Source of the DNA: Candidatus Latescibacterota bacterium
GTDB lineage: Bacteria > Latescibacterota > UBA2968 > UBA8231
DNA length: 64,000 nt
Direction: 5' to 3'
Assembly: GCA_965215195.1 (NCBI GenBank)
Contig: CBDCDC010000001.1
Coordinates: 1,152,001-1,216,000, forward strand
Below the pieces are notes generated by a model. The model did no database searches and was not told the DNA's origin. It saw nothing but the letters and a program-made list of their open reading frames with translations. This document shows positions 37,685 through 48,081 of this stretch, in pieces; the first letter of the stretch is position 1, and every line of letters starts with the position of its first letter. The translations under genes were made by a program, and so were the position numbers.

Positions 37685-40600
37685 GTGGCCGACGCTATTG
37701 GGAAATTCCAGCAGTTGCTGCGCGAGTTGTTCCAGTTTGACTGCGCCGACCTCGATTTTGGCATCTACCGCATTATGAATTACAAGCGGGAGGTCATTGA
37801 GAAATTCATCCAAGAAAAGCTGCCCGATGCCATCGCCGACGAGTTGGAACGCGGCGGTTTGGAGCAACAAGACCGCGCTGCCGCTGCCTTGGAGAAGGCG
37901 CGGCAAGACATTATTAAAAATCTGGGTGCTGATGCTATTGATGACAGTGGAGAACTCGCCGCCGCTTACCGGAATTTTCCAATTGGTCGGAATTATCTGA
38001 ACGCCAGAGCGAGGGCCGCCGGCTCCCGCTCCCGCGCCGCGGTTGAAACCGACATCTACAATCACCTGTACGCCTTTTTCAGCCGCTACTATCAGGACGG
38101 CGATTTCATTTCTAAGCGCCGCTACTCCAAACACCAACGCTACGCCATTCCGTACAACGGCGAGGAGGTCTATCTCCATTGGGCCAATAGCGATCAATAC
38201 TACATTAAGACCGGGGAATACTTTAATCACTACGATTGGAAAGCACCCGATGGCGTGGCGGTGCATTTCCGGCTCAAGGCCGCCGATGTCGAGCAGAACA
38301 ACGTCAAGGGAGACAAGCGGTTTTTCCTACCCTGCGTCGCCGACACGGAATGGGACGCTGACGCCCGCGCCATCACCATCCCCTTTGAATACCGGCCCCT
38401 GACCGAGACGGAAATCAAGACCTATGGCAAGCAAAAGCAGCAGGACAAAATCATCGCCGAGGCGGTTGGTGCCATTCCCAAGCAGTTGGACAAGGTAGCC
38501 GATGCCTTGGCCGCTTTGACCGGCGAGCGGCACGAATCCATCTCCCACTTGGAACATCACCTGCGGAAGTACACTCGGCGCAACACGTCCGACTTTTTCA
38601 TTCACAAAGACTTGGCGGAATTCCTCTCCCGCGAGTTGGATTTCTACCTAAAAAGTGAAGTGTTGAACTTGGACGAGATGACCGCGGCTGGAGAAGGTGT
38701 GGCCGCAGGCTGGTTTCAGGAGTTGAAGCTAATAAAGTTCGTTGGCAATCAGGTGATCGAATTTCTGGCACAGATGGAGAACTTCCAAAAGATGCTTTGG
38801 GAAAAGCGCAAGTTCGTCACCGAAACGCAGTACTGCGTCACCCTCGGCAGCATTGACGCCACTTTTTATTCGGATATTGCGGCCAACGACGCGCAGTGGG
38901 ACGAATGGCGAGCGTTATTCCACATTGATGAGACCAAGATCCACCTGTTCAATTCAGGTAAAAACGGACACGACAAACGCATTGACTTTTTGCAGGAACA
39001 TCCGACGCTTGTGTTAGACACGGCGCATTTTGAGCGCGACTTCGTGGACCAGCTACTGGCTAGCTTTGACGATATAGACGGGATGACGGACGGACTGCTG
39101 GTGCATAGCGAAAACTGGCAGGCGTTGAATTTGCTTGCGAAAAAATACAGAGAGCGGGTAAAGTGCATTTACATTGATCCGCCGTATAACACAGATGCGT
39201 CGCCAATCCTCTATAAGAATGGATACAAATCGTCGACTTGGGTTTCTCTCTTGGATAATAGGCTTCAAATTTCCCGACGTTTCCTTACGGAAAGTGGTGT
39301 TCTGGTCGCGGCTATTGACGATGAACAACATCGAGAATTGAGTTTTCTACTTTCCGGCACTTTCGATAACCAACTTCTGGGAACAATCCTAGTTCGGACG
39401 AATCCATCAGGACGCCCGACCAAAAGTGGATATTCCGTGGCGCATGAGTACCTTCTATATGCCGGCCAAGGGCCGAAGTCCGCGATTGGACGCATGCCGC
39501 CAACAAAAAAACAAATGGCCCGTTTCTCGAAACGCGATAAAGGCGAGGTATTCGAGTGGAGGAATCTGCGGCGAGAAGGGTCGAACTCAGATCGGTCCGC
39601 GCGGCCTGCTCTTTATTATCCTATATATATTGGAAGAGACGAGGGCATACGAGTTCCCAAGATGACGTGGAATGAGGCGGCCGAGGAATGGGTTGTACAA
39701 GAAAAACCTCAAACTGGCGAGCAGATAGTATTTCCAGACAACGGAAATGGGGTACAGAAAACATGGCGTTGGAAGTGTAAGAAGGTAATGAATTCCCTTG
39801 CGGATCTTTCAGTACGCAAAGACCAATCCGGCCAAGACTATGTGTATTATAAGAGACGCTTTAATAAAGAAGGAGTGGTTTCAATGTCGTGCTGGTTTGA
39901 CGCAAAGTACTCTGCTGTCGAACACGGCACGACACCTTTGAAAGACATGTTCGGGGAATCTGTCTTTCCGCATCCGAAATCCATTCATGCGGTGGTAGAT
40001 TCCATATATATCGCAGGGGGTCAACAGGGAGATGCGCGTATCCTCGACTCCTTCGCCGGCTCCGGCACCACCGGCCACGCCGTCATCAACCTCAACCGCG
40101 AGGATGGCGGCGAACGCAAGTTCATACTCGTTGAGATGGGCGAGTATTTCGATACTGTGTTGCTGCCGCGCATCAAGAAAATCGCATTCGCGCCCGAATG
40201 GAAAGACGGCAAGCCCAAACGCGACGCGACGCCAGAGGAAGCCGAGCGATCGCCGCGCATCGTCAAGTACATCCGCTTGGAATCCTACGAAGACGCGCTG
40301 AACAACATCGCCTTTGACGACAATGCCGTCCAGTTGAAATTAGAAGAGCAATTCGACGACTACCTGATCAAGTATATGCTGCAATGGGAAACCAAAAGCA
40401 GCGACACCCTGCTCAACGTGGCAAAGTTGGCCAGTCCGTTCACCTACCGCCTGCGGGTTCAAGCCCATGGGGAGACGCAGGAGCGGACAGCGGACATTCC
40501 CGAGACGCTCAATTATCTGTTGGGGCTGAACGTGCAAACGCGCCGAGTGTGCGAGGACGAGGGCCGGTGCTATCTGGTCTATCGAGGCGAAACCCGCGAT

Positions 40601-40807
40601 GCGCCCGGCCGCGACGTGGCGGTTGTATGGCGTGAAACCGAGGGGTGGGAGCAAGCCGATTTTGAGCGCGACCGGCAATTTGTGGCCGAGCAAGGGCTGG
40701 TCAAAGGCGCGGACGCAGTCTATGCCAATGGCGATTCCTGCATCCCCAATGCCAAAGCCATAGAGCCGCTGTTCAAGGCGCGGATGTCCGCCGGAGTGGA
40801 GCAATGA
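37685..40807 (+). CDS. mod: Type III restriction-modification methyltransferase (Mod)
   Basis: GTG start after GGAGG; DLDFGIYRI, YNGEEV.LHWAN.DQYY, IYIDPPYNT, DSFAGSGTT, LESYEDAL. Confidence 0.92.
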   Translation: MADAIGKFQQLLRELFQFDCADLDFGIYRIMNYKREVIEKFIQEKLPDAIADELERGGLEQQDRAAAALEKARQDIIKNLGADAIDDSGELAAAYRNFPIGRNYLNARARAAGSRSRAAVETDIYNHLYAFFSRYYQDGDFISKRRYSKHQRYAIPYNGEEVYLHWANSDQYYIKTGEYFNHYDWKAPDGVAVHFRLKAADVEQNNVKGDKRFFLPCVADTEWDADARAITIPFEYRPLTETEIKTYGKQKQQDKIIAEAVGAIPKQLDKVADALAALTGERHESISHLEHHLRKYTRRNTSDFFIHKDLAEFLSRELDFYLKSEVLNLDEMTAAGEGVAAGWFQELKLIKFVGNQVIEFLAQMENFQKMLWEKRKFVTETQYCVTLGSIDATFYSDIAANDAQWDEWRALFHIDETKIHLFNSGKNGHDKRIDFLQEHPTLVLDTAHFERDFVDQLLASFDDIDGMTDGLLVHSENWQALNLLAKKYRERVKCIYIDPPYNTDASPILYKNGYKSSTWVSLLDNRLQISRRFLTESGVLVAAIDDEQHRELSFLLSGTFDNQLLGTILVRTNPSGRPTKSGYSVAHEYLLYAGQGPKSAIGRMPPTKKQMARFSKRDKGEVFEWRNLRREGSNSDRSARPALYYPIYIGRDEGIRVPKMTWNEAAEEWVVQEKPQTGEQIVFPDNGNGVQKTWRWKCKKVMNSLADLSVRKDQSGQDYVYYKRRFNKEGVVSMSCWFDAKYSAVEHGTTPLKDMFGESVFPHPKSIHAVVDSIYIAGGQQGDARILDSFAGSGTTGHAVINLNREDGGERKFILVEMGEYFDTVLLPRIKKIAFAPEWKDGKPKRDATPEEAERSPRIVKYIRLESYEDALNNIAFDDNAVQLKLEEQFDDYLIKYMLQWETKSSDTLLNVAKLASPFTYRLRVQAHGETQERTADIPETLNYLLGLNVQTRRVCEDEGRCYLVYRGETRDAPGRDVAVVWRETEGWEQADFERDRQFVAEQGLVKGADAVYANGDSCIPNAKAIEPLFKARMSAGVEQ

Positions 40808-41010
40808 TTACGCGCCTAGTAGAAGTTGTGGGCGAAGCGGCCAACCGGGTCTCGCCAACGGCGCGGGAACGCCACCCCGCAGTGCCGTGGGGCACAATTA
40901 TCGGAGCGTGCAACCTGTTGGCGCACGCCTATGACGAAGTGGACCTCGACAAGCTCTGCGATATTGTGCGGAACCACCTGCCGCCGCTCATTAGTCAGTT
41001 GGAAGCCTAG
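40804..41010 (+). pseudogene. N-terminally truncated HepT/DUF86 HEPN protein with altered catalytic motif
   Basis: E.VGEAA, VPW..IIG.CNLLAHAYD.VD; the Arg of RX4HXY reads Cys (TGC). Confidence 0.75.
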
Positions 41011-41012
41011 CG

Positions 41013-44000
41013 ATGCCGCGCCGCCCTACGCAAAAGGACGCAATGTCTGCCGCCAAGCTCGAACAGCGACTAGTCCTATTGGCTTGGCTGCACGACCGGC
41101 TAGGCTATGCCGACAATGGCGAACTACTCGCAGACCTAAAGCAAGCCGACGAAGGCTTTGACACCGAGGGCCGCAGTTCTATCTACGCCCGGCTGTCGTC
41201 GCGTTCCGAGAAGATACGGGATATTTCGCTAGAGGATTTGGCGCGGTACGACGACAACATCCGCAATCATCTGGCGGCCATGAACGCGGGCCGCAGCCAG
41301 CCTATCACCCTGCGCTACTTCCAGTATTTGGCCGCGCTATACAGCGAGATTTTCTTGGACTGGTACTGCAACCGACCAAGGCCGTTGTTACAATCGCTGA
41401 ATGATTTGGTACGCCGACGCAATGCCAACCGCCACGCCCGAGAGACACGGGAAACGGAATTTTCACCGTCGGATTTGCGAAAGTTGGCGTTCTGGATGGC
41501 GACAGGCAGCGGCAAGACGCTCATCATGCACCTCAACTACCGGCAGTTTCTCCAGTACAACCGCGAGCCGCTGGACAACATTCTGTTAATTACGCCCAAG
41601 GAAGAGTTGAGCGAACAGCATTTGGTGGAACTGCAAGCATCTAACATCCCGGCCGTGCGATTCGACTCGAACGAAAGTGGCCTGCTGAGGGGTGCGCGCA
41701 ACGCCATCCAAGTCACCGAGATTACCAAGTTGATTGAGGAAAAGAGGGGCGGCGGTGTGAGAGTGCCCGTAGAGGCGTTTGAAGGCAATAATCTGATTTT
41801 TGTCGATGAAGGCCATAAAGGCTCTGGCGGCGAAGCGTGGCGCAACCTCCGCGATGCGCTGGGCGAGACCGGGTTCACCTTCGAGTACAGCGCTACCTTC
41901 GGGCAAGCCCTTACCGCGGCGAAAAATCCCGACCTAATCGCTGAATACGGGCAATCCATCGCGTTTGACTATTCCTACCGCTACTTCTACGACGATGGCT
42001 ACGGCAAGGACTTTCACATTCTCAACTTGCAACGGGAAACAACGGCTGACCGGACGGATACACTGCTCTTGGCCAACCTGCTCTCCTTTTACGAACAGCA
42101 ACTCGTCTTTGCCGAGCAGCGCGCGGCGTTCCGGCCCTACAATCTGGCCCGGCCCCTGTGGGTTTTCGTCGGCGGCAGCGTCAACGCGGTCTATACGGAA
42201 AACCGCCAACCCCGGAGCGACATTCTAACGGTGGTGCGGTTCCTGCATCGGCTGTTGGCGAATGCCGGCTGGGCGACAGATGCCATCGCCCAGTTGTTGG
42301 CGGGCAATTCAGACCTGCGCGACGCGGAAGGAAAGGATGTTTTCGCCGACAAATTCGACTATCTGCACACTCGCCGAACAGAGGCCGCAGAGGTGTATCG
42401 AGATATCCTGACAAAGGTTCTGCACACTTCCGCCGGTGGTGGGCTACACCTCTGCGACATACGTGGCAGCAATGGCGAGATAGGGCTTAAAGTCGGCGGT
42501 GCGGAGGATTACTTCGGCCTAATTTACATCGGGGATACGACCAAATTCAAAAATCTGGTCGCTGCTGACAACGCCGGCATGGTCGTTGAGGAGGACGCTT
42601 TTGCCGGCTCCCTGTTTGACGGGATTAACGAGCCGGGGACGACCGTTGAGGTGCTGATTGGTGCGCGAAAGTTCATAGAGGGTTGGGATTCATGGCGCGT
42701 GTCCAATATGGGGCTGCTCAACATCGGCAGGAGCGAGGGGTCGCAGATAATCCAAGTGTTCGGGCGCGGCGTGCGTTTGCGCGGTCGGGATATGACGCTG
42801 AAGCGCAGTTCAGCACTGGACGGCGAACATCCCGATTACATCAAATTGCTAGAGACCCTGAACATCTTTGCCGTCCGCGCCAACTATATGGCCCAATTCC
42901 GGGACTATCTGGAGCGGGAAGGCGTTGCCACAGAGGGCCTGCTGGAACTGCCCCTGTTCATCCGGCCCAACGAGGACTTTCTGAACAAGGGGCTGGTCAT
43001 TCCCCGGGTGGACGATGGGCGCGATTTCTCCGCCAATACAGCAGTTGTGTTGGAGCCGGACCCAAATGTGCGCCAAGTGTCCGTTGACATGTCTGCAAAG
43101 GTACACCGGCTGGATAGCAGCAAAGATGGTCCAATGGATGCCAAGGCGAGTGCCGGCGCGGAAGTGCTCATACCGCCCGCAAGGCTCGCGCTAGTGGATT
43201 GCGAAAGCATCTACCTCGACCTACTTGAATACAAGATGCAAAAAGGGTGGGAAAACTTGCTCGTCCAACCGGATGCGCCGCGAAAAATTTTGGAATATCG
43301 CCGTGAATCTGGCGCGCTGTATAGCCTGAGAGCGGAGGATGCCGTAGTAAATCCGCAAAGTCTCGCCGACTTGAAGCGGCTGCAAGAGGCGGCGACCAAC
43401 ATAGTGCGGAAGTACGCCGACGCCCTCTATTGGCACCGACGCGAGCAGTGGGATTCAGAAAACTTGGTCTATAAGACGCTGGACGAGCGAGAGCCCAATC
43501 TGCGGTTCAACGTCAGCGATGCCGAGGACAGCTCCGCCGGCCAGTACATGGTCGGTGTGCCACGGTCGGAGACCGCATTGATACAGGAGATTGAAAAACT
43601 CATCGCGGACAGCCGCGAGCTGTACGACAACGAGGCCGCGGCGGGTGCTTTGCCGCGCATCCATTTTGACCGGCACTTGTATCAACCGCTGCTACTAGAA
43701 AGCGATGCCAAAGTAAAAATATCCCCACTAGGGTTAAATAAAAGCGAACAGCAATTCGTGCGGGACTTGCGAGAATACGGGAGAAGAGAGCAGGGCAACG
43801 CACTGGCCGGCGCGGAGATATTCCTTTTGCGGAATCAGAGCCGAGGCCAAGGGGTGGGGTTCTTTGAGAGCAGCGGGTTCTATCCCGACTTCATTCTCTG
43901 GATTAAAGCCAACGACGCACAGCGCATCGCGTTCATCGAACCGCACGGGATGCTTCAGGCCAACGCGTACCAGCACGACGACAAAGCGCAACTGCACGAG

Positions 44001-44222
44001 CGCTTGCCGGCTTTAGCCCGCAAAATATCCCAGCGATCCAAGGGGCCGAACGTGCGCCTCGATTCCTTCATCATTTCAGCGACGCCCTACGAGGAATTAT
44101 ACGAGCGTTACGACGATGGCTCGTGGGACCGGGAACGCTTCGCCCAAGCGCACATCCTCTTTCCCGAGCGCACCGGCACTTATGACTACTTGGCGAAAAT
44201 CATCGAGGGTGAGCGCGAATAG
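41013..44222 (+). CDS. res: Type III restriction endonuclease/helicase (Res)
   Basis: MATGSGKT, VDEGH, EYSATF, QVFGRGVRL, FYPDF...IEPHG. Confidence 0.92.
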   Translation: MPRRPTQKDAMSAAKLEQRLVLLAWLHDRLGYADNGELLADLKQADEGFDTEGRSSIYARLSSRSEKIRDISLEDLARYDDNIRNHLAAMNAGRSQPITLRYFQYLAALYSEIFLDWYCNRPRPLLQSLNDLVRRRNANRHARETRETEFSPSDLRKLAFWMATGSGKTLIMHLNYRQFLQYNREPLDNILLITPKEELSEQHLVELQASNIPAVRFDSNESGLLRGARNAIQVTEITKLIEEKRGGGVRVPVEAFEGNNLIFVDEGHKGSGGEAWRNLRDALGETGFTFEYSATFGQALTAAKNPDLIAEYGQSIAFDYSYRYFYDDGYGKDFHILNLQRETTADRTDTLLLANLLSFYEQQLVFAEQRAAFRPYNLARPLWVFVGGSVNAVYTENRQPRSDILTVVRFLHRLLANAGWATDAIAQLLAGNSDLRDAEGKDVFADKFDYLHTRRTEAAEVYRDILTKVLHTSAGGGLHLCDIRGSNGEIGLKVGGAEDYFGLIYIGDTTKFKNLVAADNAGMVVEEDAFAGSLFDGINEPGTTVEVLIGARKFIEGWDSWRVSNMGLLNIGRSEGSQIIQVFGRGVRLRGRDMTLKRSSALDGEHPDYIKLLETLNIFAVRANYMAQFRDYLEREGVATEGLLELPLFIRPNEDFLNKGLVIPRVDDGRDFSANTAVVLEPDPNVRQVSVDMSAKVHRLDSSKDGPMDAKASAGAEVLIPPARLALVDCESIYLDLLEYKMQKGWENLLVQPDAPRKILEYRRESGALYSLRAEDAVVNPQSLADLKRLQEAATNIVRKYADALYWHRREQWDSENLVYKTLDEREPNLRFNVSDAEDSSAGQYMVGVPRSETALIQEIEKLIADSRELYDNEAAAGALPRIHFDRHLYQPLLLESDAKVKISPLGLNKSEQQFVRDLREYGRREQGNALAGAEIFLLRNQSRGQGVGFFESSGFYPDFILWIKANDAQRIAFIEPHGMLQANAYQHDDKAQLHERLPALARKISQRSKGPNVRLDSFIISATPYEELYERYDDGSWDRERFAQAHILFPERTGTYDYLAKIIEGERE

Positions 44223-44310
44223 ACCCCAGAGCAGTTTGCCGAAAAGCACATCCTCTTTCCGGGGCGGTAGCGTACATGGCGAGAACTATCGGGCGCGTTA
44301 AGAGCTAACA

Positions 44311-45099
44311 ATGGTCGAAAGCCATCCCACAGACGCCGAGCGCTTCTTCTTCGACAACAACGGCTACTTGGTGCTAGAAGACTTCCTCGCGCCCGATCGG
44401 GTTGCGGCGCTCTACGCGGCGCTGGAGCGCACCATTGAGCGCCGGCGCGACCCCCAGTTCAGGCGCGAGCACGAGCCAGCTTTTGCCGACCGGTTCAGCG
44501 CGGCCAACGTGCGGATCATGCACCTTTTGGCCGAAGACCCGCTCTTTTTGGAAATGCTCTCCTACGAGCCGATGATGGCCTACGTCCACGGTCTCTTTAA
44601 CGAGATGCCGCACCTGCACTCGACCGACGCCTTCTACGAGGTCGAACCCGCCGACTACCACGGGCGGGGCTGGCACATCGACGGCATTCAGAATGGCTTC
44701 CGCAACCTCAAGCCGCACATCCCACTGTTGCAGTTTAAGGTAGGCTACTACCTGAGCGACATGAGCGCACCCGACCAAGGCAACCTGACCTTAGTGCCCG
44801 GCAGCCACAAGGCGCTGCTAGAGCCGGACGCCGGGGATGGTATACCGGGGGCCGTGCAAATATGCGGCGGCCCGGGGACGGCCGTGCTCTTCCACAATGC
44901 GATGTGGCATACGGCCGGTCCCTTTACGCGCCGCCGGGGCAAGCGGGTGATGCTGTACTATGGATACGAACATCCGTGGATGCTGGCGTGTGCCGAGCAG
45001 TGGCGCTACGACCGAGCCTTTTTGCAGGGGCTTTCGCCAGCGCAGCGGCGCTTTTTCCACGGGTTTGTCTTTGACCCGCCGGAGTATCGCTGGGGATGA
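44311..45099 (+). CDS. PhyH family dioxygenase
   Basis: FFDNNGYLV, WHID, LVPGSHK, WHTAG. Confidence 0.9.
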   Translation: MVESHPTDAERFFFDNNGYLVLEDFLAPDRVAALYAALERTIERRRDPQFRREHEPAFADRFSAANVRIMHLLAEDPLFLEMLSYEPMMAYVHGLFNEMPHLHSTDAFYEVEPADYHGRGWHIDGIQNGFRNLKPHIPLLQFKVGYYLSDMSAPDQGNLTLVPGSHKALLEPDAGDGIPGAVQICGGPGTAVLFHNAMWHTAGPFTRRRGKRVMLYYGYEHPWMLACAEQWRYDRAFLQGLSPAQRRFFHGFVFDPPEYRWG

Positions 45100-45662
45100 G
45101 TTGGAACTCGCCCGATCTGCGGGGGCGGCGCCAGTTGGGCCTGACCCTGTTTTTGCTCTCGCTGGCCATACTCTTTGGGGCCAGCATCGCGGCTTTTGCC
45201 TACCTGCGGCTGACCAGCCCGGCGCTACAGGGGAGCGAGCGCATTGAGCTGCCGCTGGTGCTTGGCGTTTCGACGGCAGTGCTGTTGGGGGCCGGGCTGG
45301 CGATGCACAAGGCGACGCAGAACGCCCGGCGCGGCCACTTCCCGCTTCTGCGGCGGTGGTTGGTCCGAGCTTGGGGGGCGAGCGCGTTGTTTATCGGGGT
45401 GCAGGTGCCGGGGCTGATGCAGCTACTTGACCGCCATCGGGCGCTGGAGATGAGTACCTACGGCATTGCGTTTGCGCTGGTCGTGGTCCACGCGCTGCAC
45501 GTGGTGGGCGGGATGGTGCCGTTGTCGATGCTGGCGTGGAAGGCGCGCAAGAATCGGCTCGACAGCGAACATTTGCTCTCGGTGCGGGCCTGCGCTGCGT
45601 ATTGGCATTTCCTCGAAGCGGTGTGGATCGCGCTGTTGGCCGCGTTTGTTGTGTGGGGATGA
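45096..45662 (+). CDS. Heme-copper oxidase subunit III-like membrane protein
   Basis: LFLLS..ILF, HALHV.GG, YWHFL..VW; five TM helices. Confidence 0.85.
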   Translation: MSWNSPDLRGRRQLGLTLFLLSLAILFGASIAAFAYLRLTSPALQGSERIELPLVLGVSTAVLLGAGLAMHKATQNARRGHFPLLRRWLVRAWGASALFIGVQVPGLMQLLDRHRALEMSTYGIAFALVVVHALHVVGGMVPLSMLAWKARKNRLDSEHLLSVRACAAYWHFLEAVWIALLAAFVVWG

Positions 45663-45699
45663 GAAGTGGGCCAAACAACCTCCGGCTCCACAGGCGTAT

Positions 45700-48027
45700 C
45701 TAGTAGGCCACGGCCACGATTCGTTGTAGGCTGTGATCCCCGGAATCGCCAGCGATGTGTAGTTCGGCTATGTAGAGGCCGGGCGGTACGCGCTGGCCGT
45801 GCAGGTCGCGGCCGTTCCAGTGCCATGCGATGTGCCCGGCTTGGCTGGCCCGCTCTTGGGCGAAAAGTGGGCGGCCGGACAAGTCGTAGAGCCGCAGGTG
45901 CAAGGGCCGGGCCGAGAGCACGTTGATGAGGTCAAAGGAGATGCGGAGCTGGTCGTTGATCCCGTCGCCGTTGGGCGTAATGAGCGCGGGACTAAACGAG
46001 AGGCCGGCAAAGAGCTGGTCGGCTACGGGCAGGCGCACGACGTTGGAACTGCTCTCGACTTGGGGTGCGGCGTCGCCTATGTCGACGAGTTGCCGCGTCT
46101 GCGCCTTTTGGCTGTCTTCGAGGAAGGCATCAAAGCGGGTCGCCTGTAGGTAGATGGGAGCAGTGAAGCGCAATTCGACGAGTTGGCGGCTGCGAATGCG
46201 GCGCGGGAAGGTGGCGCGAAAGCCCTGAGCGAGGGTTTCGGTGGCGACTTCGACAAGCTCGTCATCGACCAAGGCAGCGTCAAAGCGGGGGGCTGTGGTG
46301 GCTTCAATTGCGATCTGGTCGAAGCCATCTCGGGTCGTCGCGGGCCGCAGGAAGTAGGAAAATTGGGTCTCTTGGCCGGGCGCGACATAGAGGGGAAACA
46401 CCTCGCCGACGACTTGAGAGGCCAGCGGGTCGCTGAAGTTGACGGCTAGCCAGTCGAAGTGGGGCGCCTGCGCCGGGCTGTCGGACGCCAAGCGCACATC
46501 GAGTTCCATAAAGCGACGCGGTGAAGGCGACTCAAAGGCCGCGCCCGAAGCACTGTACATATTGCTCCAAGGGCTCCAGTCCGCACCGGCGATGCGCGTA
46601 GTGTCGATTCTGCCCTTGAAACTGGGGATCAGTTTGTCGTAGCGCTTCTGGCTTACGTTCTTGCCGTTTTTATCGTAAAAAGTGTATTGCTCTACTACCT
46701 CGTTGCCCGTGCGCGAGCGGATTTCGATGTGGGTGCCCAAGGGGGTCTGGGCCTGCCATTCGAGCGAATTGAGGTTCTTGCCGCTTTCTAGGTCGATGAG
46801 CGGCGAGCGGAGATGGACCGCGAGGGGGTAGCCCTCGCCGTACACTTGGATTTCTTCGGCCGAGCCGTTGGCGTAGCAGCCCCAGCGCGAGGAATCGTCG
46901 GGTAGGGTCGCGGCGCAGGTGGCGTCCCAGATTAGCCAAGCGATGCGGACGTAGCGGGCCGGCAGGGTGGGGAACTGGTGGTCGGCTAGCCCGGCGCGGT
47001 GGTTTTCGCTGACCGAGTCTCCAGCAAAGTGCCGCGTCCAGATGCGGGTGCCGTCGGGGGCGATGGTGCCGTCCGAGGTGAGGATCTCGTAGTTCTTGTA
47101 GCTGAAGGAACGCGGACCGCTGGCCCCGGCCCGGGTGCGCAGCAGGTGTTCGCCAAAGCCGCCGCGGATGGCCACGCCGGTAATCAGGCGCACGAAGTCC
47201 ACTGGATAGACGGCCCCTAAGTCGATGGTGATGTGGCTCCAAGTGTTATACGTGTTGCGCGGCTCGCGCCCGTTGCGCCAGCGGTCGAAGATGGAGCCAT
47301 CAACTAAGTTGAGCGCGTTGCCCAAGGCGACTTCTTCGGCGCGGACAAAGGCGTCGATGACCACGTCGATGGCCCCGCCGCGCTCCGCGAGGTTGAGGGT
47401 GAGATTGTCGCCAATGCTCTCGACCTCAACCGCGACGAGCCGGGCGTCGGGGACGTGCTTGAGGTTGCGGATTTGCAGGAAGCGAATCGGCGTCAGGTAG
47501 AGGGCGTCGCCCGGGGCGAATGCGACGCGGTGGCGTGCGTTTTCCTTGAAGCGTTCTTTAATGCGGTAGATCAGGGAGCCGGCGACCGGGTTGGCAACTT
47601 GGTCGAGCTGGGGCTCGCCGGAGGAGAGCAAGAGGTCGAACAGCTCAAAAGGAGGCGCGTCGTCGGCAAAAATGAGCGCGATGCTGTGCGCCGAGACGCT
47701 GCGGCCGAGGTCGATTTCTACAAACCAGTCGTCCGGGTCGTCGTCCGGGTTGGGGCCCCAGCCGGTCGCCGGGTCGCCGTCGAGGAGCGCAGGGGCGTCC
47801 CTAAAATTGGAGCCGGCCCGGCGGATGCCGCCGCCGAAAGCCGTGGCGTCGCGCACGGCGTCCACGCCCTTTTGCACCCGCACCGGCTGGATCGCGCCCG
47901 TGGCCGCGATTTTGACGGCGCCGAGGGGCACCTGCCAGTCGCGCCAATCGCGCACGGAAGCAAAGCGCAACTGATCCGCACTCGCGCTACAGGCGAGTAG
48001 GACGAGGAGGGCGGTGGCAATGGACAT
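45700..48027 (-). CDS. Large secreted discoidin-like protein with C-terminal TPNGDG/FlgD-Ig domain (paralog of 27689-30031)
   Basis: Start MSIATALL...ADQLRF; RSRTGN, WSPWSN, SPSPRRF; ITPNGDGIND...PGLY...AVAY. Confidence 0.87.
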   Translation of the reverse strand: MSIATALLVLLACSASADQLRFASVRDWRDWQVPLGAVKIAATGAIQPVRVQKGVDAVRDATAFGGGIRRAGSNFRDAPALLDGDPATGWGPNPDDDPDDWFVEIDLGRSVSAHSIALIFADDAPPFELFDLLLSSGEPQLDQVANPVAGSLIYRIKERFKENARHRVAFAPGDALYLTPIRFLQIRNLKHVPDARLVAVEVESIGDNLTLNLAERGGAIDVVIDAFVRAEEVALGNALNLVDGSIFDRWRNGREPRNTYNTWSHITIDLGAVYPVDFVRLITGVAIRGGFGEHLLRTRAGASGPRSFSYKNYEILTSDGTIAPDGTRIWTRHFAGDSVSENHRAGLADHQFPTLPARYVRIAWLIWDATCAATLPDDSSRWGCYANGSAEEIQVYGEGYPLAVHLRSPLIDLESGKNLNSLEWQAQTPLGTHIEIRSRTGNEVVEQYTFYDKNGKNVSQKRYDKLIPSFKGRIDTTRIAGADWSPWSNMYSASGAAFESPSPRRFMELDVRLASDSPAQAPHFDWLAVNFSDPLASQVVGEVFPLYVAPGQETQFSYFLRPATTRDGFDQIAIEATTAPRFDAALVDDELVEVATETLAQGFRATFPRRIRSRQLVELRFTAPIYLQATRFDAFLEDSQKAQTRQLVDIGDAAPQVESSSNVVRLPVADQLFAGLSFSPALITPNGDGINDQLRISFDLINVLSARPLHLRLYDLSGRPLFAQERASQAGHIAWHWNGRDLHGQRVPPGLYIAELHIAGDSGDHSLQRIVAVAY

Positions 48028-48081
48028 GGTATATTGCAAAGTACTTTTACCGACCGCGTAAATCAACTTGGACGCTATGGT

